From the NCBI RefSeq assembly GCF_009914755.1, contig NC_060942.1: a DNA stretch of 64,000 bases. One strand, 5' to 3'. Source of the stretch: the human T2T-CHM13v2.0 reference genome, Homo sapiens. Position 1 is the stretch's first letter, and each line of letters starts with the position of its first letter. Under the pieces are notes generated by a model. The model searched no databases. It worked only from the letters and a program-made list of their open reading frames with translations, and was not told the origin of the DNA. The translations under genes and the position numbers were made by a program. Of this stretch, positions 1 through 10,150 are shown piece by piece.

Positions 1-336
1 TGCCGGCGTGCTGGTGCCTGTCTGTGTGTGTGTTTTCCGCTGGCCTGCTCCCTCCACTTCCTCTACCCTTCCAGCCACTTGTGTTCGTCTCTATGTCTGG
101 CCACCTGTGGGTCGGCCTGCCAGGGTCTCGAGTTTTTATAGGATAGGGGTGTGGCAGGCCAGGGTGGTCTTGGAAAACGCAACATTTGGGCGGGAAAGCA
201 GGAGTGCCTGTCCTCACCTAGGTCCGTGGGGGTGGATCCCTAGCCAGGACCGCCTTTTTCTACATAGTACTTCTTTTCCCCGCTTCCATATCATTTAAAG
301 GGACCATGCCCTTCCCTTCCCAGCACTCACAAATCA
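1..336 (-). mobile_element. ERV1 LTR, LTR1 family (HUERS-P2-type); 5'/U3 part, continues beyond the left edge of the window
   Basis: Reverse complement reads TGAtttgtGAGTGCTGGGAAGGGAAGGGCATGGTCCCTTTAAATGATATGGAAGCGGGG...CCACGGACCTAGGTGAGGACAGGCACTCC...CCCAAATGTTGCGTTTTCCAAGACCACCCTGGCCTGCCAC...CCTATAAAAACTCGAGACCC, matching the LTR1 5' end as I recall it. TATA box on the - strand at 133-140. Confidence 0.85.
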
Positions 337-2538
337 AAATTACATAAACGTACAGATATCTGAATATTTTATACATTATGAGGAACATATTAAAATACGT
401 TGCTATGTAATATTTTATTATTCAATTATTATTAAAATTTTTAGAATGGGTAGGTTCTGATTTAACCTACAAGATCAGTCACTTTTCAGATGAAGCACTT
501 TTATTCAAAATCGACTCTTTTTGCTCCAGGGCAAGAATAATCTTCTTTAACAACAATTAATGACTCCTTTAGGAGCGGCTCTCTAGCTTTAAGAGGTATG
601 TTGGAACACTGTACTAAGATTTTAAAAACTATATCTGTAAACAGAAAAATAAAGAACATTATAAAAGTCAGCCATCAGAATATCACTTTTGATAACTGCA
701 GTCAGTCTTGTTTTGAATATAATTCTGATGCTTAGTGTATGTTGCCTTGTATTTTTCTCTACTACTATGCTTTAATCATCCCAGGTTTTAGGCCCTTTAA
801 GAGTAAAACTGTTGTCTATGTCACTGTATATACTACTTAGTTTTCCTTACTGATTTCTGCATATAGTAGGTGCCTGATAAAATTTTGTAGCTGTTACTGA
901 TGGTAATCATGGGTACATGGAAATTAGCAATCCCCGTTAAAGGAAATAATATACAAAGAAGTATGAATTTTTTAACATACATTGTTTAAAAGAAGTACGT
1001 TTTGCTTCAGTCTAAACCATGAAGGAAACTATACAAACTTTCTTCTATTCTGCTGATGGATTTATGAAAGCAAGTTGAAAGCTGCTGATCAGTGGCATCT
1101 GTTAACTGGCATTGACACTTTGATGTGCAGGGCAGCTGTCAAGAAATTTCACTTTCTTCTACTTTTCTTTTCAGAATTAATTAGTGCTATGAGACACTCA
1201 AATCCTCATTTACTTTCCAAGAAGTACTTGGAAGCCAACTCACCAGAGAATATCATGAGGGAAATCCACCCTTCCACAATCCATTTTCCTAGAGACTTCT
1301 TCTTCTGGCCCCACTTGCAGCAATGGTATCAGTTCTTCTTGAATTAGAATGAAGACAATGTTTTTGGAGTAAATAAAAAATGACATTGATAAGGCTAAAC
1401 AAAGACAGTTAGTGATAGCAACTGCAGCATGACCTTACAAAGCATAAAACATGGACTAACCCGTGTGATCACCTATATGGACCCATATGTAGTTATAATT
1501 TTATAACAATATGGGCCCAGTCACAAAATAGGTAGAATGCCTGTTTTGTTAATGTTTGTAGCAAAGGAAAGGAAATAAATTTTTTTTATGATGAATTTGA
1601 AAAAAATAAGAGTGCTTTATAAATGTAAAGTGTCATCATGTTACAGAGAAATAGATTAACTGGATACAGTCAAATGTCATTGCTATGTATACATATATGT
1701 GTTTTTGTATATATATATATATATACAAAGTAAATATATAGGATATTACACATTTATTCCATGTTTCATCCTTTCATTGGCCAGTCTCAAAATATTTTAT
1801 TCAATGAGAGTTTGCAAACATAAGACCATTAGTCAATCCAGTATTCTGTCTCTAACACGGCAAAAATACCTATGGGAGAGATGCCTATGGGAAAGAAAGA
1901 ATTTATTTTCAAACTTTGAACATTCCTAGTTTTCATAATTCCATTTTGTATAGACCTGCTTTGTGCTTACCAGGTTGCAGAACTCTAATCAGGACCCTGT
2001 TCACACTTCTCGTACATTAAAAGCTATAAATAACAACTTCTATACATTTACTGCTTTTATTAAGATTTGATTTTTATTTTGCTTTGCAATTATAAGTTTC
2101 TAAAGATAGGAGCTTAACGGGAGACTGTGTTCCATTACACAAACAACTTCAACATTGATTTTCAATTTTCTGACGTACAATGAGTGGAATGGACCAACTG
2201 TATCTTCCAGAGACTGTGATATTAGAAGCCACCACCCTGTAAACTCAAGTGTTTCATTTGAGATATTCCATCAATCTTCGTGAGCAATCTTGAGAGTGTG
2301 TATTGCAACCTACTTACTCTGAGAAAATTGTAAGGAAAACATTAGGCAAGTGATCAAATACACCAGGGAATTTTATATCTATTTCAACTTTGTCCCCTGC
2401 AGAAGGCTCAACAAGTGCCCTGCCTCAGGGAAATGATATTTAAATAATTTTATGGAACACTGAGTAAGGTTTGCCAAAAATGGGGATAAAATATAAGTGG
2501 TTTAGCACTTCAAAGAAGGGAAGTCTGTCAGAGGCCGG

Positions 2539-2899
2539 TGATATGGTTGATTTGGCTCTGTGTCCCCACCCAAATCTCACCTTGAATTGTAATAATTCCT
2601 ACATGTCAAGGTCAGGACCTGGTGGAGATAATTTAATCATGAGGGTGGTTTCCCCCATACTGTTCTTGTGATAGTGAGTGAGTTCTCTCCAGATCTGATG
2701 GTTTTATAAGGGGCTTCCCCCTTCACTCGGCACTCATTCTCTCTCCTGCCACTCTGTGAAGAGGTGCCTTTCACCATGATTGTAGGTTGCCTGATGCTTC
2801 CCCAGCCATGCGGAACTGTGAGTAAACTAAACATCTTTTCTATATAAATCACCCAGTCTTGGGTATGTCTTTATTAGCTGCATGAGAAGAGACAAAACA
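2539..2899 (+). mobile_element. THE1 (MaLR) solo LTR, THE1C/D-like
   Basis: TGATATGG...TGTGTCCCCACCCAAATCTCACCTTGAATTGTA...AGATCTGATGGTTTTATAAGGGGCTTCCCCC...CCCAGCCATGCGGAACTGTGAGT...GACAAAACA; about 360 bp with TG...CA ends and no internal sequence following. Confidence 0.93.
2629..2639 (+). promoter_or_regulatory. DUX4 consensus motif (TAATTTAATCA) inside the THE1 solo LTR
   Basis: Exact match to TAAYYYAATCA at the position where THE1 LTRs are known to carry the DUX4 site; TATA-like TTTTATAAGG at 2702-2711. Motif match only, no binding data. Confidence 0.55.
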
Positions 2900-2974
2900 G
2901 AGGATTTGAATTTGATGTTGAGCCTGGCAGAATGGGAAGTTCAGTGAGGAGTGAGCTTAGAGAAAGGGTACCTA

Positions 2975-3130
2975 AAGCTGAGTGCTGATTCTGCCTTCAC
3001 TACTTTTAGGATTTAGAGCAAGTATCTAATTTCAGTTTTCATTTTCTCATCTCTGTGAGGAAAAGAGCAATGCCTATCATTTAAGGCGACTGTACACATT
3101 GTAGTGTTTAAAAGATTGGGAGCACACTAC
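2975..3130 (+). mobile_element. MIR SINE fragment
   Basis: Degenerate MIR core: ttctgccttcactact...gagcaagtatctaatttcagttttcattttctcatctctgtgagg...aatgcctatc. Confidence 0.55.
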
Positions 3131-3319
3131 CACAGGAAGAACCCTCCATTAATGAGCAGGAATAATTGAGTAGAGGTGGAAGATGAACGTTCATTCGTGA
3201 ATTTGAACATATCCAGTGTTAGGGGTTCATCTTGTGTGTTTCAAGGAGCAGGAGAAGAGTGAATAAAAGCAGGGAAAATAACTTGTTGAGAAGTTGTGGG
3301 AGATGGGCCTGAGAATATC

Positions 3320-3495
3320 AGCAATATCCCACCCCCAAGTTTCTATCTTTCAGTATTTTTTCATTAGCTCAATCAGTATTTAAAATTTTCCTGTATTGAA
3401 TTTCAGTGAATTTGAGTTCAATTCTTCTCCCTTATTGCAATAGCTTTTAAAATCTTTTAAATTCTGTATGGTATAATTTTTCAAAGTCAACAATT
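3320..3495 (+). mobile_element. Possible 3' part of an old ERV1-class LTR (MER31/MER67-like)
   Basis: ttgagttcaattcttctcccttattgcaatag resembles the CTCCCCTATTGCAATAG motif of these LTR 3' ends; highly diverged. Confidence 0.3.
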
Positions 3496-6400
3496 TTGGT
3501 TTAGTTTATAGCGTCAAAGTCAGCTTTTGGTGAATTGCTAAATTACAGAGAAGGTACCTTTGATGCTGCTTCACTTCCCTTTTTTACCCACTGATTCTTG
3601 AATTGGCCTTCCAAGGTATCCTTATCTCTAATATGCAACCTCTCCCATCCTCAAGTTTTCACAGCCTTCTTTGATAAATGACTTTCTAACTTCTAAATCA
3701 ATGATTATTTTATATATCCTGTTTTTTTGGATTCACTCTATTTCTGTGTCAATGTTTTAAGCGTCTCTAAAATTTAAATGACTATAAATGGCTTAATGTT
3801 CCATTACTTCTAGGTAAAGTATTTGCATTTTTACAGAGACATTTTAGAAATAATACCCACAGGAGCGATTCTCTAATAACAGTGTGGTGGTTTAGGGGAT
3901 ATGCATACATTTGGGCAGCAGAATTGCCTGTCACTTCTCAATCATACCTGCAGACAGACACATACTCAGCCTTTGCCTGTGGCTAATCCTAGAGGATATT
4001 TGAGTCCCATTCAAAAGCCCCCTCAATCATAGTGTTGAATCTCTCTTTGCCATATGTTATTCTGGTTCTCTATTGGGGTGAGTATATTCTCCTGCTTTTT
4101 CTAGAAGTAGTTACCTGTGGAGTCAGAGAGAGGGGCTGGATTCTTGAGATTTGCTATGCCAAGCATCAAAATATCCATCATTTACATCAGGAAATTAAAA
4201 AGAAAATAAATGTAAAGTAGAAAAGCCTTTAATTCTGTTAGGCTGAAGTGACATAAGTTCAACCTGTACAAGAAGAGCAGTGGACCTGTACATCATATTA
4301 GACAGTGTTATGCATCCCAAGGTAATCTCACTGGATTAGCTGCACTGCAACTAACGATGAACCTCCCGCTAGACCCAGATGCCTGGAAGCTGATGTCTTG
4401 TACCCCAAACAAATGAGCAGGCTTGGAAAAATCTCTGCCTGGAAGTGTACACTGCACTTGATGAGAATCCTTGACAAAATAGAATGCTACTAGCAAAAGG
4501 ACTTATAAGAATATATGAGGCCAATGTGTGGTTTGCAATGTTAGATATGTGGAATGAATTTTGGGGAAGAGACTAAGCTGTATTTCCCCTGAAAATTTAG
4601 AAGTGGTGGAGTTTTTACAGGAAGATATTAGGCAACTATCACTAAAGGCATATGGTCTTGAAGAATTCCAAAGGACTAAGATCCTTTGTCTGTGAGAAAC
4701 TTGAGCAACTGCTGCATGTCTTTGCAGTGTTCTGGATGAGGGATGAGTTCACCTTTGAGAGGGAGATTTGTGTTTAAACTTGATGGGAGAAAAGGGTCAG
4801 AATTAGAGGTAGAGGATTATTGATTACATAGTAGTAAAATGTCACTTACATTTTCTTGTGTCTTAGCCTTCTCTGGGTCAGGACAAATCTGAAGAAGAAG
4901 AGACTCCAATGAAGAGGAAATCAAGTGAAAATCTATACTACTGAAGCTTATATGTGAAAAATGAGGACACATGTCAGTTCTGCTCTGTAGCATAAGGTAC
5001 TCTTGGTGGGAGAAGGGCATTTTTCTTCAATAACTCATAGAAAAATCTGCTGGGCAAGAAAGTAAAACACCATGGCAATTTTCAGTGGAAAATAAGATGG
5101 ATTGGACAAGAGCCAGGTTCTGTGGGAGTGAAACTTCCATCTGCAGCAGAAAAAAATTGTCAGTTATGGTAGTGGCCTCTAGGCACATGACCCCATCACT
5201 GAAAAAAGAGCTTTTCCCTGAGAAAATGTTTTACAAAATTGTGATAGCTATCCTTTGGGTCTAGCCCTTTTAAACTAGAAAAATAGAAATTAAAGAGCCT
5301 ACTGTGCAACCAATATAGTTGTTTGCCTGGAAAGAGATGAGTAGGGAGAAAAGATGAAGCCATAGAGATGCAACTATATTCCAAATACAGATAAACTATT
5401 AGTTTTTTCTATGTTGATTTGGCCTGAAATGATTCTTCCATACAGTACAGTTGAGAGAACTGAGTGTTTATAAGATGAAAACCAGAAGAATGTTAAGATA
5501 CATGATAATTATCCTTGAACAATTTTGAGGGCTGTTTACTAGAAAAGGTAGATTTCTTCTAATATTCCAGAAGGCAGAATTATTAAAATACAGGTTTATA
5601 AATGTATAAAACTGATAGATCTATCCTTCTTATACTTCTTTTGTCTTGGTAAGTCCAAATGAGAGAATAACTGATTACAGGAATTTGAAGTAGAAGTTTC
5701 TCAAGAATAAAAATAAGTGGATATCATTTATACCTAATCCAATCTTCTCTGCCTTGATACCTTCATCTAAACCATGACCAACAGATAAATGTATAAAATA
5801 TTCTAAATAGAACAGAAAGAAATGACTTTGGTAACTTTTAAGGAATTATTAATAGGCAGAGAGTTCAATTTCAAAATTAACAAGACAAATTTTAAAATAT
5901 ATATATTTATTTTTCTCCTTCTATTATTTCTTCTCCTTCTCCTCCATCTTGTCTCTTTTTTTTTCTTCTTTCATACTAATATCAGTAGAAAAATATCACT
6001 CACTTATAGGGCAAAATGAAAGTTTTAGTGTGGTTTTACTGTTTATAGTTTCATAATCATGAGGACCATGAAATAAGACCATACTAAATAGCTAGATGAG
6101 TGCATAATTTAAAAATTTAATGATTTTATGAGATATTAAAATATATCCCAAATAGGTGCGCAATCAAATTCAGCACTCTGTAATCTGTCGCGCACAAATA
6201 ATTCCACATTTTAAAGAAATTTAATTTTTTTCAAATGTATAATTAAATGTAGACATAGAAAACCACATAGGGAAAATTAAGATTGGCAAGCATTGACTCC
6301 TTTACCTATATATTTGACCAATTTTAATGATCACTTTTGCTTTTATTTCCTGTCCAAAATATTATTGTAGCCAAACATAAACTTCATAAAAAGAACTTCA

Positions 6401-6564
6401 ATCTTTGCCTTCAATACTAAGGCCTTTTTTTCCCTTTACCTGATGATCTTGCAACTCATCAACTGACAATCTGTAAACACACTTTGATTGAATAACCTAA
6501 TGTACATACAATGCATAATAAATATTATTATATTTCACTTGCTTTGTAGAAAAATAGGTATTTT

Positions 6565-6666
6565 CTTAATGTAGATCATGAGTTGATGGGTGCAGCAAAC
6601 CACCATGGCACATAACAAACCTGCACATTCTGCGCATGTACACCAGAACTTAAAGTATAATTTTAA
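6565..6666 (+). mobile_element. Extremely 5'-truncated L1PA 3' end (~100 bp) with 15-bp TSD
   Basis: cttaatgtagat..gagttgatgggtgcagcaaaccaccatggcacat..aacaaacctgcacattctgcgcatgtacaccagaacttaaagtataat is the L1PA terminal 3'UTR. Perfect TSD AAAAATAGGTATTTT at 6550-6564 and 6667-6681. Confidence 0.92.
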
Positions 6667-9600
6667 AAAAATAGGTATTTTATCTGCTCAAATGAGAAAG
6701 AATATTCAAAAAGTGTATTTTTACACTATCTTAAAAATTGAAAGCCCAAGAAATATATAATTATGTATTCAGAATAAGGAAATCATGGCCATATGGGCAA
6801 AATAGTTTATTTTCTTAATATTCAGCAAGAAAAATATAACCAATATTTTGACTTCATTAACTAAGAATTTTAGCTGACAGAGTTGATCAATTAATCTCAC
6901 GTGGAGTAATATGAAACATTATTTTTATTCATGGTTAACAGTAAAAGAAGAGATGCTTTCACATATCATTCTAAAATGAGTCCATATTTTGTCCCAGAAG
7001 ACAATCACTTCCAAGGAACTAGTTCTAATTATTCTTTATAGTATTTCCATCATTGAGCAGTATTGCTAAAATATGGACACAATTTTCTCTTATAATTGCC
7101 TGGATTCTGTTATTAGCACACTTAAACTCCAGCAAATGTGTCTCCTTTTGGGTGAAACAGCCAACTTTGAAAAAGCACAGGTAGATGTGTGAGGAGCAAT
7201 AAGAAGAAGACATATTCTTGCAATATGTCAGGGGGCAAACTGCTTTACAGCAGAAGCAGTTTGCCTCTGTTACTTCTACAAGTCCCTTTAGAAAATGTGA
7301 TCATGCATATAGGTTTCAGCATATAGCAACCTCCAAGCACCCATTAATAAAGGCACTGCACCTCTCCTAATAAGCCTTATCTTGAAGTGCTGATGTTAGC
7401 TAATGATGTACTTCCTATATTCTTCAACTTCAGCCCCACTGCTTAAAGATATAGTCCTCAACACAATCATGTCAGAAGAGGAAAAACACACAATCAACTA
7501 TCCGTGACTCTCAGGATTTGAAAATGTCACAATTGCTGAGTTGCTGGTTTTAACTGCCCTTCACTTGTTCACTGTCTTTCCCACACGACCCTCTTCCCCC
7601 TAAATGCGTGGGTACTTGGTGTCACTTAGCTTCTGATTTTTTTTTCCTCTCCTCAATTTCTAAGCCTAATGAGGCTGAGCTGAGTTAATAATGGATGTAA
7701 TAAGTAATGACTCATTGTTTTGGGGCCTGCGCATCTGTGTGTACCGTGGAACAGGAGCCAGGACTCTGATACTATTTGTTCTGCGATGTCACTTGCCACC
7801 AAGCAATGCCACTCATCAATAAAAGGCAAGATGATGGATGAGTTCATTTAATAGAATTCCTCTGAGTGAGCTAAAGCCCAACTCTTCAATAGGTCTGCTA
7901 CCACACTCTCTCTCTCCTGCTCTTCCTCTTGCAGCTCTTTTTTTTTTTTTTCCTTCTAAGTCCGGGACAGTTGGAAAGCATGCTTGGCCGAGAGGGTCTC
8001 CATTTATGCCAACAGCTCCTTCTGCTCTTAACAACTGCTATCCTAAATCAAATCAGCAGCTCTGTGCCTGGAGATTAAATCTGTGCCACCTGATAGCAGT
8101 GGCACCCTGTGGCATTTGGCCATGCGTACTCTCTGCCTGGGCTCATTTCTTTATTTCCTCAGAGAATGGGTTGTGTTGGAAGAAAAGGTTCATGTCCTGG
8201 GGATTCAGGTTTTAGATATTCCATTTTGGTCCTTTGCAGCCTGGATACCAGGAACAGGCTGCTCTCTGGGAAAGTTTATGAGGGAGTCTTTCTCCTCATC
8301 ACATCAGCCGGCAGCTTGCAGAGCTCCTTTAGCTAAAGTATATGGCTTCATACCATGATCTGGAATTAACCAACAGGGAAATCAACACTGGTGACATCTT
8401 ACCAATAAAGGCAGATTTTTTAGTCTGCGAGAACGAAGATTACATTTGGGAACCTGGATATCTTAATATTTCAAAATGCTAAAATATTTAAATATTTTTC
8501 TTTCCTGGAGAGTAAAGGACACATATACGTAAAATCAAACATAACCATCTGGTTGAATTAAGGAAAGACAGACCTGAAACAAAAAAGGCAAATTGTTAAC
8601 ATGTCTGAACTTGAGTTGGATGGTGAAGGTAGTCTCAACAGTTCCCATCATGTAGAAGTGACATAAGATGGAAGTAAAGTGACATGGTGGAAAATAGAAT
8701 TCCAGGATATTACAGATTGTAAGGTTCACAGATGCTAAATTAAAAAAATAATGTGGCCAGATATTGGGGGAAATGTTTATTTAAAAATTTCTCTTATTTC
8801 TTAAATTGAAGTAGAGAAGTTCTATTTATAAACTAATTGGAACATCACTGAAAAATAGCTAATACAGACTCAGGCCTAATATTGCTCTTGCCAAATCTAC
8901 GTAGATATATCCGCCTGATAAATTTTGCATACACACACGCACACTTAATACAGGCATTTATATATGCATACATAGGTATTCATATTTAAATCTGTGACAT
9001 AGACATTGAAGGGCTTGAGACATTTCCCTAAAGTACCCCAGAAATTCAAGAACTCTGGGCATGGCTCTGAGAGTGAAGCTTTCCAGAGCCTCTGCTGGGA
9101 ATTGTTCTAATATGCACTATCCATATCTAACATTCTTGATTACATATGGCACAAAAAGCGTTGATTCTCTTGATGCTGACATTATATTTCATATTCAGGC
9201 CCTTGCAGAGCTGAATCTATTCACAATTAAAGTCAGTGTCAATATAGGAAAATTGATGAGAAAGGGGGAAATATAGTGTAAAGATCTAAATGAGGAACAA
9301 AAGTGTATTTTAAAAACCTACAGAGTAAGGATAGGCAAGAAATAGATTAACAGAGCATTACATTTTATTATTGAGCACAAATGTTTCATTCCTTTCTCTG
9401 AGCTCCTAATCAGCATTTTTCATTATTTTCCTTCCATCGTATCTGGCTCCTATGCATCAGTGGCTATAGCAACACCTCTGCTAACACTGAAAACTTCCTC
9501 ACAGACTAGGGTTTTTCACGCTAGAATTCTTGCCAGGGCTGATCCTCCCTCTGGTTAGAATTCCCCACCACTTGGGACCATGGGTTAGAATAAGAATTCT

Positions 9601-10044
9601 CCCTTTGGAAGCAAGCAATCCTAGGAATTACTGCTCCATTCATATGTGGTAAGGAATGCCTTTCTTCCTGCATAATGACAGAGTCATGGTGTTATGAGAA
9701 TGTGAGGGTAGGCTGCCATCTAATCAAGCTTGCATTCCTTGGAAGGGCTGCTCTGAAAGCCTCATGTCGTATAGCTTCTCAGGATACTTGGTGTGATTAC
9801 CGCCATCACACCCTTCCGTTTGGTCTGCAAATTTCACAATCCCAGAATACTGTGCTGAAGATATGTCTACCTTGGTAAAAGTATTACCCCAGAAATACAG
9901 CTGTTGAAGCTATTTTTGTCTTAAACGGGTTAAATATGAAACCAGGACTTTACTGTTCTCATACAGCTCTTACCCTTTGAGCAAATACAGTATTCATACT
10001 TTCCGGAGTGACAAAAATTGAACAGAAGGTAACAGACACTTTAA

Positions 10045-10150
10045 CTAGAAAGGCCAGGATCGTATTTATATAGTTTCACATCACCATAGCACCTAGCACA
10101 GAGCCTCTGTGGACTAGACACATTAATATTTGTTAAATTTGAATGGATTG
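10045..10150 (+). mobile_element. L2 3' tail fragment
   Basis: agaaaggccaggatcgtattt...catagcacctagcacagagcct...atattttgttaaatttgaatggattgaat resembles the L2 terminal motif. Confidence 0.5.

Noticed and set aside
3860-5200. Purine-rich stretch that might be a processed pseudogene or old ERV/Gypsy internal sequence
   Set aside because: No open frame, recognisable motif, polyA or TSD; I cannot assign it without a database search.
8084-8115. CTCF site (tgccacctgatagcag / ggcaccctgtggca)
   Set aside because: Mismatches at core positions of the CCASYAGRKGGC consensus; too weak to call.
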